A DNA stretch of 64,000 bases from Auanema rhodensis (GCA_964057225.1 OZ059897.1:22258001-22322000), one strand, 5' to 3'; numbered from the stretch's first letter, positions 43,401-59,800 are shown. The notes: generated by a model from the letters alone, not told the origin. Numbers and translations: made by a program.

Positions 43401-45407
43401 AAAACAAATTTTTATTGATATTGGTTCATGGTAACCATGACTTTGAAATTTACGTGAACTTTAATTTATGCTAATTAAATGTACACGTGATGTGCACTTG
43501 GTATGTAACTCGCTTCACGTGAAAGATAAAGAGATGCAGTTTTCAAAATTAGATTCCCCATGTCCATATTAGTCTAAAAACAAATTTTTATTGATATTGG
43601 TTCATGGTAACCATGACTTTGAAATTTACGTGAACTTTAATTTATGCTAATTAAATGTACACGTGATGTGCACTTGGTATGTAACTCGCTTCACGTGAAA
43701 GATAAAGAGATGCGGTTTTCAAAATTAGATTCCCCATGTCCATATTAGTCTAAAAACAAATTTTTATTGATATTGCTTCATGGTAACCATGACTTTGAAA
43801 TTTACGAGAACTTTAATTTATGCTAATTAAATGTACACGTGATGTGCACTTGGTATGTAACTCGCTTCACGTGAAAGATAAAGAGATGCGGTTTTCAAAA
43901 TTAGATTCCCCATGTCCATATTAGTCTAAAAACAAATTTTTATTGATATTAGTTCATGGTAACCATGACTTTGAAATTTACGTGAACTTTAATTTATGTT
44001 AATTAAATGTACACGTGATGTGCACTTGGTATGTAACTCGCTTCACGTGAAAGATAAAGAGATGCGGTTTTCAAAATTAGATTCCCCATGTCCATATTAG
44101 TCTAAAAACAAATTTTTATTGATATTGGTGCATGGTAACCATGACTTTGAAATTAACGTGAACTTTAATTTATGCTAATTAAATGTACACGTGATGTGCA
44201 CTTGGTATGTAACTCGCTTCACGTGAAAGATAAAGAGATGCGGTTTTCAAAATTAGATTCCCCATGTCCATATTAGTCTAAAAACAAATTTTTATTGATA
44301 TTGGTTCATGGTAACCATGACTTTGAAATTTACGTGAACTTTAATTTATGCTAATTAAATGTACACGTGATGTGCACTTGGTATGTAACTCGCTTCACGT
44401 GAAAGATGAAGAGATGCGGTTTTCAAAATTAGATTCCCCATGTCCATATTAGTCTAAAAACAAATTTTTATTGATATTGCTTCATGGTAATCATGACTTT
44501 GAAGTTTACGTGAACTTTAATTTATGCTAATTAAATGTACACGTGATGTGCACTTGGTATGTAACTCGCTTCACGTGAAAGATAAAGAGATGCGGTTTTC
44601 AAAATTAGATTCCCCATGTCCATATTAGTCTAAAAACAAATTTTTATTGATATTGGTTCATGGTAACCATGACTTTGAAATTTACGTGAACTTTAATTTA
44701 TGCTAATTAAATGTACACGTGATGTGCACTTGGTATGTAACTCGCTTCACGTGAAAGATAAAGAGATGCGGTTATCAAAATTAGATTCCCCATATCCATA
44801 TTAGTCTAAAAACAAATTTTTATTGATATTGGTGCATGGTAACCATGACTTTGAAATTTACGTGAACTTTAATTTATGCTAATTAAATGTACACGTGATG
44901 TGCACTTGGTATGTAACTCGCTTCACGTGAAAGATAAAGAAATGCGGTTTTCAAAATTAGATTCCCCATGTCCATATTAGTCTAAAAACAAATTTTTATT
45001 GATATTGGTTCATGGTAACCATGACTTTGAAATTTACGTGAACTTTAATTTATGCTAATTAAATGTACACGTGATGTGCACTTGGTATGTAACTCGCTTC
45101 ACGTGAAAGATAAAGAGATGCGGTTTTCAAAATTAGATTCCCCATGTCCATATTAGTCTAAAAACAAATTTTTATTGATATTGGTTCATGGTAACCATGA
45201 CTTTGAAATTTACGTGAACTTTAATTTATGCTAATTAAATGTACACGTGATGTGCACTTGGTATGTAACTCGCTTCACGTGAAAGATAAAGAGATGCAGT
45301 TTTCAAAATTAGATTCCCCATGTCCATATTAGTCTAAAAACAAATTTTTATTGATATTGGTTCATGGTAACCATGACTTTGAAATTTACGTGAACTTTAA
45401 TTTATGC
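37488..45407. repeat. HOR family B: 10-mer (37488-39247), 9-mer (41360-42943) plus duplicated 4-mer (42944-43647), 10-mer (43648-45407); a family A block lies at 39248-41183
   Basis: The order is C+160a, 128a+176t, G+156a, T, 57g+C+140t+153g, T, G, 62a, T, 67a. The middle copy lacks the 128a+176t monomer. Confidence 0.85.
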
Positions 45408-48400
45408 TAATTAAATGTACACGTGATGTGCACTTGGTATGTAACTCGCTTCACGTGAAAGATAAAGAGATGCGGTTTTCAAAATTAGATTCCCCATGTC
45501 CATATTAGTCTAAAAACAAATTTTTATTGATATTGGTGCATGGTAACCATGACTTTGAAATTTACGTGAACTTTAATTTATGCTAATTAAATGTACACGT
45601 GATGTGCACTTGGTATGTAACTCGCTTCACGTGAAAGATAAAGAGATGCGGTTTTCAAAATTAGATTCCCCATGTCCATATTAGTCTAAAAACAAATTTT
45701 TATTGATATTGGTTCATGGTAACCATGACTTTGAAATTTACGTGAACTTTAATTTATGCTAATTAAATGTACACGTGATGTGCACTTGGTATGTAACTCG
45801 CTTCACGTGAAAGATAAAGAGATGCGGTTTTCAAAATTAGATTCCCCATGTCCATATTAGTCTAAAAACAAATTTTTATTGATATTGGTTCATGGTAACC
45901 ATGACTTTGAAATTTACGTGAACTTTAATTTATGCTAATTAAATGTACACGTGATGTGCACTTGGTATGTAACTCGCTTCACGTGAAAGATAAAGAGATG
46001 CAGTTTTCAAAATTAGATTCCCCATGTCCATATTAGTCTAAAAACAAATTTTTATTGATATTGGTTCATGGTAACCATGACTTTGAAATTTACGTGAACT
46101 TTAATTTATGCTAATTAAATGTACACGTGATGTGCACTTGGTATGTAACTCGCTTCACGTGAAAGATAAAGAGATGCGGTTTTCAAAATTAGATTCCCCA
46201 TGTCCATATTAGTCTAAAAACAAATTTTTATTGATATTGGTGCATGGTAACCATGACTTTGAAATTTACGTGAACTTTAATTTATGCTAATTAAATGTAC
46301 ACGTGATGTGCACTTGGTATGTAACTCGCTTCACGTGAAAGATAAAAAGATGCGGTTTTCAAAATTAGATTCCCCATGTCCATATTAGTCTAAAAACAAA
46401 TTTTTATTGATATTGGTTCATGGTAACCATGACTTTGAAATTTACGTGAACTTTAATTTATGCTAATTAAATGTACACGTGATGTGCACTTGGTATGTAA
46501 CTCGCTTCACGTGAAATATAAAAAGATTCGGTTTTCAAAATTAGATTCCCCATGTCCATATTAGTCTAAAAACAAATTTTTATTGATATTGCTTCATGGT
46601 AACCATGACTTTGAAATTTACGTGAACTTTAATTTATGCTAATTAAATGTACACGTGATGTGCATTTGGTATGTAACTCGCTTCACGTGAAAGATAAAGA
46701 GATGCGGTTTTCAAAATTAGATTCCCCATGTCCATATTAGTCTAAAAACAAATTTTTATTGATATTGGTTCATGGTAACCATGACTTTGAAATTTACGTG
46801 AACTTTAATTTATGCTAATTAAATGTACACGTGATGTGCACTTGGTATGTAACTCGCTTCACGTGAAAGATAAAGAGATGCGGTTTTCAAAATTAGATTT
46901 CCCATGTCCATATTAGTCTAAAAACAAATTTTTATTGATATTGGTGCATGGTAACCATGACTTTGAAATTTACGTGAACTTTAATTTATGCTAATTAAAT
47001 GTACACGTGATGTGCACTTGGTATGTAACTCGCTTCACGTGAAAGATAAAGAGATGCGGTTTTCAAAATTAGATTCCCCATGTCCATATTAGTCTAAAAA
47101 CAAATTTTTATTGATATTGCTTCATGGTAACCATGACTTTGAAATTTACGTGAACTTTAATTTATGCTAATTAAATGTACACGTGATGTGCACTTGGTAT
47201 GTAACTCGCTTCACGTGAAAGATAAAGAGATGCGGTTTTCAAAATTAGATTCCCCATGTCCATATTAGTCTAAAAACAAATTTTTATTGATATTGCTTCA
47301 TGGTAACCATGACTTTGAAATTTACGTGAACTTTAATTTATGCTAATTAAATGTACACGTGATGTGCACTTGGTATGTAACTCGCTTCACGTGAAAGATA
47401 AAGAGATGCGGTTTTCAAAATTAGATTCCCCATGTCCATATTAGTCTAAAAACAAATTTTTATTGATATTGCTTCATGGTAACCATGACTTTGAAGTTTA
47501 CGTGAACTTTAATTTATGCTAATTAAATGTACACGTGATGTGCACTTGGTATGTAACTCGCTTCACGTGAAAGATAAAGAGATGCGGTTTTTAAAATTAG
47601 ATTCCCCATGTCCATATTAGTCTAAAAACAAATTTTTATTGATATTGGTTCATGGTAACCATGACTTTGAAATTTACGTGAACTTTAATTTATGCTAATT
47701 AAATGTACACGTGATGTGCACTTGGTATGTAACTCGCTTCACGTGAAAGATAAAGAGATGCGGTTTTCAAAATTAGATTCCCCATGTCCATATTAGTCTA
47801 AAAACAAATTTTTATTGATATTGGTTCATGGTAACCATGACTTTGAAATTTACGTGAACTTTAATTTATGCTAATTAAATGTACACGTGATGTGCACTTG
47901 GTATGTAACTCGCTTCACGTGAAAGATAAAGAGATGCGGTTTTCAAAATTAGATTCCCCATGTCCATATTAGTCTAAAAACAAATTTTTATTGATATTGG
48001 TTCATGGTAACCATGACTTTGAAATTTACGTGAACTTTAATTTATGCTAATTAAATGTACACGTGATGTGCACTTGGTATGTAACTCGCTTCACGTGAAA
48101 GATAAAGAGATGCGGTTTTCAAAATTAGATTCCCCATGTCCATATTAGTCTAAAAACAAATTTTTATTGATATTGGTTCATGGTAACCATGACTTCGAAA
48201 TTTACGTGAACTTTAATTTATGCTAATTAAATGTACACGTGATGTGCACTTGGTATGTAACTCGCTTCACGTGAAAGATAAAGAGATGCGGTTTTCAAAA
48301 TTAGATTCCCCATGTCCATATTAGTCTAAAAACAAATTTTTATTGATATTGGTTCATGGTAACCATGACTTTGAAATTTACGTGAACTTTAATTTATGCT

Positions 48401-51400
48401 AATTAAATGTACACGTGATGTGCACTTGGTATGTAACTCGCTTCACGTGAAAGATAAAGAGATGCGGTTTTCAAAATTAGATTCACCATGTCCATATTAG
48501 TCTATAAACAAATTTTTATTGATATTGGTTCATGGTAACCATGACTTTGAAGTTTACGTGAACTTTAATTTATGCTAATTAAATGTACACGTGATGTGCA
48601 CTTGGTATGTAACTCGCTTCACGTGAAAGATAAAGAGATGCGGTTTTCAAAATTAGATTCCCCATGTCCATATTAGTCTAAAAACAAATTTTTATTGATA
48701 TTGGTGCATGGTAACCATGACTTTGAAATTTACGTGAACTTTAATTTATGCTAATTAAATGTACACGTGATGTGCACTTGGTATGTAACTCGCTTCACGT
48801 GAAAGATAAAGAGATGCGGTTCTCAAAATTAGATTCCCCATGTCCATATTAGTCTAAAAACAAATTTTTCGTGATATTGGTTCATGGTAACCATGACTTT
48901 GAAATTTACGTGAACTTTAATTTATGCTAATTAAATGTACACGTGATGTGCACTTGGTATGTAACTCGCTTCACGTGAAAGATAAAGAGATGCGGTTTTC
49001 AAAATTAGATTCCCCATGTCCATATTAGTCTAAAAACAAATTTTTATTGATATTGGTTCATGGTAACCATGACTTTGAAATTTACGTGAACTTTAATTTA
49101 TGCTAATTAAATGTACACGTGATGTGCACTTGGTATGTAACTCGCTTCACGTGAAAGATAAAGAGATGCGGTTTTCAAAATTAGATTCCCCATGTCCATA
49201 TTAGTCTAAAAACAAATTTTTATTGATATTGGTTCATGGTAACCATGACTTTGAAATTTACGTGAACTTTAATTTATGCTAATTAAATGTACACGTGATG
49301 TGCACTTGGTATGTAACTCGCTTCACGTGAAAGATAAAGAGATGCGGTTTTCAAAATTAGATTCCCCATGTCCATATTAGTCTAAAAACAAATTTTTATT
49401 GATATTGGTTCATGGTAACCATGACTTTGAAATTTACGTGAACTTTAATTTATGCTAATTAAATGTACACGTGATGTGCACTTGGTATGTAACTCGCTTC
49501 ACGTGAAAGATAAAGAGATGCGGTTTTCAAAATTAGATTCCCCATGGTCATATTAGACTAAAAACAAATTTTTATTGATATTGCTTCATGGTAACCATGA
49601 CTTTGAAATTTACGTGAACTTTAATTTATGCTAATTAAATGTACACGTGATGTGCACTTGGTATGTAACTCGCTTCACGTGAAAGATAAAGAGATGCGGT
49701 TTTCAAAACTAGATTCCCCATGTCCATATTAGTCTAAAAACAAATTTTTATTGATATTGGTTCATGGTAACCATGACTTTGAAATTTACGTGAACTTCAA
49801 TTTATGCTAATTAAATGTACACGTGATGTGCACTTGGTATGTAACTCGCTTCACGTGAAAGATAAAGAGATGCGGTTTTCATAATTAGATTCCCTATGTC
49901 CATATTAGTCTAAAAACAAATTTTTATTGATATTGGTTCATGGTAACCATGACTTTGAAATTTACGTGAACTTTAATTTATGCTAATTAAATGTACACGT
50001 GATGTGCACTTGGTATGTAACTCGCTTCACGTGAAAGATAAAGAGATGCGGTTTTCAAAATTAGATTCCCCATGTCCATATTAGTCTAAAAACAAATTTT
50101 TATTGATATTGGTTCATGGTAACCATGACTTTGAAATTTACGTGAACTTTAATTTATGCTAATTAAATGTACACGTGATGTGCACTTGGTATGTAACTCG
50201 CTTCACGTGAAAGATAAAGAGATGCAGTTTTCAAAATTAGATTCCCCATGTCCATATTAGTCTAAAAACAAATTTTTATTGATATTGGTTCATGGTAACC
50301 ATGACTTTGAAATTTACGTGAACTTTAATTTATGCTAATTAAATGTACACGTGATGTGCACTTGGTATGTAAATCGCTTCACGTGAAAGATAAAGAGATG
50401 CGGTTTTCAAAATTAGATTCCCCATGTCCATATTAGTCTAAAAACAAATTTTTATTGATATTGCTTCATGGTAACCATGACTTTGAAATTTACGTGAACT
50501 TTAATTTATGCTAATTAAATGTACACGTGATGTGCACTTGGTATGTAACTCGCTTCACGTGAAAGATAAAGAGATGCGGTTTTCAAAATTAGATTCCCCA
50601 TGTCCATATTAGTCTAAAAACAAATTTTTATTGATATTGGTTCATGGTAACCATGACTTTGAAATTTACGTGAACTTTAATTTATGCTAATTAAATGTAC
50701 ACGTGATGTGCACTTGGTATGTAACTCGCTTCACGTGAAAGATAAAGAGATGCGGTTTTCAAAATTAGATTTCCCATGTCCATATTAGTCTAAAAACAAA
50801 TTTTTATTGATATTGGTTCATGGTAACCATGACTTTGAAATTTACGTGAACTTTAATTTATGCTAATTAAATGTACACGTGATGTGCACTTGGTATGTAA
50901 CTCGCTTCACGTGAAAGATAAAGAGATGCGGTTTTCAAAATTAGATTCCCCATGTCCATATTAGTCTAAAAACAAATTTTTATTGATATTGGTTCATGGT
51001 AACCATGACTTTGAAATTTACGTGAACTTTAATTTATGCTAATTAAATGTACACGTGATGTGCACTTGGTATGTAACTCGCTTCACGTGAAAGATAAAGA
51101 GATGCGGTTTTCAAAATTAGATTCCCCATGTCCATATTAGTCTAAAAACAAATTTTTATTGATATTGGTTCATGGTAACCATGACTTTGAAATTTACGTG
51201 AACTTTAATTTATGCTAATTAAATGTACCCGTGATGTGCACTTGGTATGTAACTCGCTTCACGTGAAAGATAAAGAGATGCGGTTTTCAAAATTAGATTC
51301 CCCATGTCCATATTAGTCTAAAAACAAATTTTTATTGATATTGGTTCATGGTAACCATGACTTTGAAATTTACGTGAACTTTAATTTATGCTAATTAAAT

Positions 51401-54400
51401 GTACACGTGATGTGCACTTGGTATGTAACTCGCTTCACGTGAAAGATAAAGAGATGCGGTTTTCATAATTAGATTCCCTATGTCCATATTAGTCTAAAAA
51501 CAAATTTTTATTGATATTGGTTCATGGTAACCATGACTTTGAAATTTACGTGAACTTTAATTTATGCTAATTAAATGTACACGTGATGTGCACTTGGTAT
51601 GTAACTCGCTTCACGTGAAAGATAAAGAGATGCGGTTTTCAAAATTAGATTCCCCATGTCCATATTAGTCTAAAAACAAATTTTTATTGATATTGGTTCA
51701 TGGTAACCATGACTTTGAAATTTACGTGAACTTTAATTTATGCTAATTAAATGTACACGTGATGTGCACTTGGTATGTAACTCGCTTCACGTGAAAGATA
51801 AAGAGATGCGGTTTTCAAAATTAGATTCCCCATGTCCATATTAGTCTAAAAACAAATTTTTATTGATATTGGTTCATGGTAACCATGACTTTGAAATTTA
51901 CGTGAACTTTAATTTATGCTAATTAAATGTACACGTGATGTGCACTTGGTATGTAACTCGCTTCACGTGAAAGATAAAGAGATGCGGTTTTCAAAATTAG
52001 ATTCCCCATGTCCATATTAGTCTAAAAACAAATTTTTATTGATATTGGTTCATGGTAACCATGACTTTGAAATTTACGTGAACTTTAATTTATGCTAATT
52101 AAATGTACACGTGATGTGCACTCGGTATGTAACTCGCTTCACGTGAAAGATAAAGAGATGCGGTTTTCAAAATTAGATTCCCCATGTCCATATTAGTCTA
52201 AAAACAAATTTTTATTGATATTGCTTCATGGTAACCATGACTTTGAAATTTACGTGAACTTTAATTTATGCTAATTAAATGTACACGTGATGTGCACTTG
52301 GTATGTAACTCGCTTCACGTGAAAGATAAAGAGATGCGGTTTTCAAAATTAGATTTCCCATGTCCATATTAGTCTAAAAACAAATTTTTATTGATATTGG
52401 TTCATGGTAACCATGACTTTGAAATTTACGTGAACTTTAATTTATGCTAATTAAATGTATACGTGATGTGCACTTGGTATGTAACTCGCTTCACGTGAAA
52501 GATAAAGAGATGCGGTTTTCATAATTAGATTCCCTATGTCCATATTAGTCTAAAAACAAATTTTTATTGATATTGGTTCATGGTAACCATGACTTTGAAA
52601 TTTACGTGAACTTTAATTTATGCTAATTAAATGTACACGTGATGTGCACTTGGTATGTAACTCGCTTCACGTGAAAGATGAAGAGATGCGGTTTTCAAAA
52701 TTAGATTCCCCATGTCCATATTAGTCTAAAAACAAATTTTTATTGATATTGGTTCATGGTAACCATGACTTTGAAATTTACGTGAACTTTAATTTATGCT
52801 AATTAAATGTACACGTGATGTGCACTTGGTATGTAACTCGCTTCACGTGAAAGATAAAGAGATGCAGTTTTCAAAATTAGATTCCCCATGTCCATATTAG
52901 TCTAAAAACAAATTTTTATTGATATTGGTTCATGGTAACCATGACTTTGAAATTTACGTGAACTTTAATTTATGCTAATTAAATGTACACGTGATGTGCA
53001 CTTGGTATGTAACTCGCTTCACGTGAAAGATAAAGAGATGCGGTTTTCAAAATTAGATTCCCCATGTCCATATTAGTCTAAAAACAAATTTTTATTGATA
53101 TTGCTTCATGGTAACCATGACTTTGAAATTTACGTGAACTTTAATTTATGCTAATTAAATGTACACGTGATGTGCACTTGGTATGTAACTCGCTTCACGT
53201 GAAAGATAAAGAGATGCGGTTTTCAAAATTAGATTCCCCATGTCCATATTAGTCTAAAAACAAATTTTTATTGATATTGGTTCATGGTAACCATGACTTT
53301 GAAATTTACGTGAACTTTAATTTATGCTAATTAAATGTACACGTGATGTGCACTTGGTATGTAACTCGCTTCACGTGAAAGATAAAGAGATGCGGTTTTC
53401 AAAATTAGATTTCCCATGTCCATATTAGTCTAAAAACAAATTTTTATTGATATTGGTTCATGGTAACCATGACTTTGAAATTTACGTGAACTTTAATTTA
53501 TGCTAATTAAATGTACACGTGATGTGCACTTGGTATGTAACTCGCTTCACGTGAAAGATAAAGAGATGCGGTTTTCAAAATTAGATTCCCCATGTCCATA
53601 TTAGTCTAAAAACAAATTTTTATTGATATTGGTTCATGGTAACCATGACTTTGAAATTTACGTGAACTTTAATTTATGCTAATTAAATGTACACGTGATG
53701 TGCACTTGGTATGTAACTCGCTTCACGTGAAAGATAAAGAGATGCGGTTTTCAAAATTAGATTCCCCATGTCCATATTAGTCTAAAAACAAATTTTTATT
53801 GATATTGGTTCATGGTAACCATGACTTTGAAATTTACGTGAACTTTAATTTATGCTAATTAAATGTACACGTGATGTGCACTTGGTATGTAACTCGCTTC
53901 ACGTGAAAGATAAAGAGATGCGGTTTTCAAAATTAGATTCCCCATGTCCATTATAGTCTAAAAACAAATTTTTATTGATATTGGTTCATGGTAACCATGA
54001 CTTTGAAATTTACGTGAACTTTAATTTATGCTAATTAAATGTACACGTGATGTGCACTTGGTATGTAACTCGCTTCACGTGAAAGATAAAGAGATGCGGT
54101 TTTCATAATTAGATTCCCTATGTCCATATTAGTCTAAAAACAAATTTTTATTGATATTGGTTCATGGTAACCATGACTTTGAAATTTACGTGAACTTTAA
54201 TTTATGCTAATTAAATGTACACGTGATGTGCACTTGGTATGTAACTCGCTTCACGTGAAAGATAAAGAGATGCGGTTTTCAAAATTAGATTCCCCATGTC
54301 CATATTAGTCTAAAAACAAATTTTTATTGATATTGGTTCATGGTAACCATGACTTTGAAATTTACGTGAACTTTAATTTATGCTAATTAAATGTACACGT

Positions 54401-55439
54401 GATGTGCACTTGGTATGTAACTCGCTTCACGTGAAAGATAAAGAGATGCGGTTTTCAAAATTAGATTCCCCATGTCCATATTAGTCTAAAAACAAATTTT
54501 TATTGATACTGGTTCATGGTAACCATGACTTTGAAATTTACGTGAACTTTAATTTATGCTAATTAAATGTACACGTGATGTGCACTTGGTATGTAACTCG
54601 CTTCACGTGAAAGATAAAGAGATGCGGTTTTCAAAATTAGATTCCCCATGTCCATATTAGTCTATAAACAAATTTTTATTGATATTGGTTCATGGTAACC
54701 ATGACTTTGAAGTTTACGTGAACTTTAATTTATGCTAATTAAATGTACACGTGATGTGCACTTGGTATGTAACTCGCTTCACGTGAAAGATAAAGAGATG
54801 CGGTTTTCATAATTAGATTCCCTATGTCCATATTAGTCTAAAAACAAATTTTTATTGATATTGGTGCATGGTAACCATGACTTTGAAATTTACGTGAACT
54901 TTAATTTATGCTAATTAAATGTACACGTGATGTGCACTTGGTATGTAACTCGCTTCACGTGAAAGATAAAGAGATGCGGTTTTCAAAATTAGATTCCCCA
55001 TGTCCATATTAGTCTAAAAACAAATTTTTATTGATATTGGTTCATGGTAACCATGACTTTGAAATTTACGTGAACTTTAATTTATGCTAATTAAATGTAC
55101 ACGTGATGTGCACTTGGTATGTAACTCGCTTCACGTGAAAGATAAAGAGATGCGGTTTTCAAAATTAGATTCCCCATGTCCATATTAGTCTAAAAACAAA
55201 TTTTTATTGATATTGGTTCATGGTAACCATGACTTTGAAATTTACGTGAACTTTAATTTATGCTAATTAAATGTACACGTGATGTGCACTTGGTATGTAA
55301 CTCGCTTCACGTGAAAGATAAAGAGATGCGGTTTTCAAAATTAGATTCCCCATGTCCATATTAGTCTAAAAACAAATTTTTATTGATACTGGTTCATGGT
55401 AACCATGACTTTGAAATTTACGTGAACTTTAATTTATGC

Positions 55440-55614
55440 TAATTAAATGTACACGTGATGTGCACTTGGTATGTAACTCGCTTCACGTGAAAGATAAATG
55501 ATGCGGTTTTCAAAATTAGATTCCCCATGTCCATATTAGTCTATAAACAAATTTTTATTGATATTGGTTCATGGTAACCATGACTTTGAAGTTTACGTGA
55601 ACTTTAATTTATGC
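55440..55614. repeat. Second 175-bp monomer variant (same GA>T and 106t, plus 153g)
   Basis: GATAAATGATGCGG (T at 55499) and CTATAAAC (T at 55544). Confidence 0.95.
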
Positions 55615-56846
55615 TAATTAAATGTACACGTGATGTGCACTTGGTATGTAACTCGCTTCACGTGAAAGATAAAGAGATGCGGTTTTCAAAATTAGATTCC
55701 CCATGTCCATATTAGTCTAAAAACAAATTTTTATTGATATTGGTGCATGGTAACCATGACTTTGAAATTTACGTGAACTTTAATTTATGCTAATTAAATG
55801 TACACGTGATGTGCACTTGGTATGTAACTCGCTTCACGTGAAAGATAAAGAGATGCGGTTCTCAAAATTAGATTCCCCATGTCCATATTAGTCTAAAAAC
55901 AAATTTTTCGTGATATTGGTTCATGGTAACCATGACTTTGAAATTTACGTGAACTTTAATTTATGCTAATTAAATGTACACGTGATGTGCACTTGGTATG
56001 TAACTCGCTTCACGTGAAAGATAAAGAGATGCGGTTTTCAAAATTAGATTCCCCATGTCCATATTAGTCTAAAAACAAATTTTTATTGATATTGGTTCAT
56101 GGTAACCATGACTTTGAAATTTACGTGAACTTTAATTTATGCTAATTAAATGTACACGTGATGTGCACTTGGTATGTAACTCGCTTCACGTGAAAGATAA
56201 AGAGATGCGGTTTTCAAAATTAGATTCCCCATGTCCATATTAGTCTAAAAACAAATTTTTATTGATATTGGTTCATGGTAACCATGACTTTGAAATTTAC
56301 GTGAACTTTAATTTATGCTAATTAAATGTACACGTGATGTGCACTTGGTATGTAACTCGCTTCACGTGAAAGATAAAGAGATGCGGTTTTCAAAATTAGA
56401 TTCCCCATGTCCATATTAGTCTAAAAACAAATTTTTATTGATATTGGTTCATGGTAACCATGACTTTGAAATTTACGTGAACTTTAATTTATGCTAATTA
56501 AATGTACACGTGATGTGCACTTGGTATGTAACTCGCTTCACGTGAAAGATAAAGAGATGCGGTTTTCAAAATTAGATTCCCCATGGTCATATTAGTCTAA
56601 AAACAAATTTTTATTGATATTGCTTCATGGTAACCATGACTTTGAAATTTACGTGAACTTTAATTTATGCTAATTAAATGTACACGTGATGTGCACTTGG
56701 TATGTAACTCGCTTCACGTGAAAGATAAAGAGATGCGGTTTTCAAAACTAGATTCCCCATGTCCATATTAGTCTAAAAACAAATTTTTATTGATATTGGT
56801 TCATGGTAACCATGACTTTGAAATTTACGTGAACTTTAATTTATGC

Positions 56847-59800
56847 TAATTAAATGTACACGTGATGTGCACTTGGTATGTAACTCGCTTCACGTGAAAG
56901 ATAAAGAGATGCGGTTTTCATAATTAGATTCCCTATGTCCATATTAGTCTAAAAACAAATTTTTATTGATATTGGTTCATGGTAACCATGACTTTGAAAT
57001 TTACGTGAACTTTAATTTATGCTAATTAAATGTACACGTGATGTGCACTTGGTATGTAACTCGCTTCACGTGAAAGATAAAGAGATGCGGTTTTCAAAAT
57101 TAGATTCCCCATGTCCATATTAGTCTAAAAACAAATTTTTATTGATATTGGTTCATGGTAACCATGACTTTGAAATTTACGTGAACTTTAATTTATGCTA
57201 ATTAAATGTACACGTGATGTGCACTTGGTATGTAACTCGCTTCACGTGAAAGATAAAGAGATGCGGTTTTCAAAATTAGATTCCCCATGTCCATATTAGT
57301 CTAAAAACAAATTTTTATTGATATTGCTTCATGGTAACCATGACTTTGAAATTTACGTGAACTTTAATTTATGCTAATTAAATGTACACGTGATGTGCAC
57401 TTGGTATGTAACTCGCTTCACGTGAAAGATAAAGAGATGCGGTTTTCAAAATTAGATTCCCCATGTCCATATTAGTCTAAAAACAAATTTTTATTGATAT
57501 TGGTTCATGGTAACCATGACTTTGAAATTTACGTGAACTTTAATTTATGCTAATTAAATGTACACGTGATGTGCACTTGGTATGTAACTCGCTTCACGTG
57601 AAAGATAAAGAGATGCGGTTTTCAAAATTAGATTTCCCATGTCCATATTAGTCTAAAAACAAATTTTTATTGATATTGGTTCATGGTAACCATGACTTTG
57701 AAATTTACGTGAACTTTAATTTATGCTAATTAAATGTACACGTGATGTGCACTTGGTATGTAACTCGCTTCACGTGAAAGATAAAGAGATGCGGTTTTCA
57801 AAATTAGATTCCCCATGTCCATATTAGTCTAAAAACAAATTTTTATTGATATTGGTTCATGGTAACCATGACTTTGAAATTTACGTGAACTTTAATTTAT
57901 GCTAATTAAATGTACACGTGATGTGCACTTGGTATGTAACTCGCTTCACGTGAAAGATAAAGAGATGCGGTTTTCAAAATTAGATTCCCCATGTCCATAT
58001 TAGTCTAAAAACAAATTTTTATTGATATTGGTTCATGGTAACCATGACTTTGAAATTTACGTGAACTTTAATTTATGCTAATTAAATGTACACGTGATGT
58101 GCACTTGGTATGTAACTCGCTTCACGTGAAAGATAAAGAGATGCGGTTTTCAAAATTAGATTCCCCATGTCCATATTAGTCTAAAAACAAATTTTTATTG
58201 ATATTGGTTCATGGTAACCATGACTTTGAAATTTACGTGAACTTTAATTTATGCTAATTAAATGTACACGTGATGTGCACTTGGTATGTAACTCGCTTCA
58301 CGTGAAAGATAAAGAGATGCGGTTTTCATAATTAGATTCCCTATGTCCATATTAGTCTAAAAACAAATTTTTATTGATATTGGTTCATGGTAACCATGAC
58401 TTTGAAATTTACGTGAACTTTAATTTATGCTAATTAAATGTACACGTGATGTGCACTTGGTATGTAACTCGCTTCACGTGAAAGATAAAGAGATGCGGTT
58501 TTCAAAATTAGATTCCCCATGTCCATATTAGTCTAAAAACAAATTTTTATTGATATTGGTTCATGGTAACCATGACTTTGAAATTTACGTGAACTTTAAT
58601 TTATGCTAATTAAATGTACACGTGATGTGCACTTGGTATGTAACTCGCTTCACGTGAAAGATAAAGAGATGCGGTTTTCAAAATTAGATTCCCCATGTCC
58701 ATATTAGTCTAAAAACAAATTTTTATTGATATTGCTTCATGGTAACCATGACTTTGAAATTTACGTGAACTTTAATTTATGCTAATTAAATGTACACGTG
58801 ATGTGCACTTGGTATGTAACTCGCTTCACGTGAAAGATAAAGAGATGCGGTTTTCAAAATTAGATTCCCCATGTCCATATTAGTCTAAAAACAAATTTTT
58901 ATTGATATTGGTTCATGGTAACCATGACTTTGAAATTTACGTGAACTTTAATTTATGCTAATTAAATGTACACGTGATGTGCACTTGGTATGTAACTCGC
59001 TTCACGTGAAAGATAAAGAGATGCGGTTTTCAAAATTAGATTTCCCATGTCCATATTAGTCTAAAAACAAATTTTTATTGATATTGGTTCATGGTAACCA
59101 TGACTTTGAAATTTACGTGAACTTTAATTTATGCTAATTAAATGTACACGTGATGTGCACTTGGTATGTAACTCGCTTCACGTGAAAGATAAAGAGATGC
59201 GGTTTTCAAAATTAGATTCCCCATGTCCATATTAGTCTAAAAACAAATTTTTATTGATATTGGTTCATGGTAACCATGACTTTGAAATTTACGTGAACTT
59301 TAATTTATGCTAATTAAATGTACACGTGATGTGCACTTGGTATGTAACTCGCTTCACGTGAAAGATAAAGAGATGCGGTTTTCAAAATTAGATTCCCCAT
59401 GTCCATATTAGTCTAAAAACAAATTTTTATTGATATTGGTTCATGGTAACCATGACTTTGAAATTTACGTGAACTTTAATTTATGCTAATTAAATGTACA
59501 CGTGATGTGCACTTGGTATGTAACTCGCTTCACGTGAAAGATAAAGAGATGCGGTTTTCAAAATTAGATTCCCCATGTCCATATTAGTCTAAAAACAAAT
59601 TTTTATTGATATTGGTTCATGGTAACCATGACTTTGAAATTTACGTGAACTTTAATTTATGCTAATTAAATGTACACGTGATGTGCACTTGGTATGTAAC
59701 TCGCTTCACGTGAAAGATAAAGAGATGCGGTTTTCATAATTAGATTCCCTATGTCCATATTAGTCTAAAAACAAATTTTTATTGATATTGGTTCATGGTA

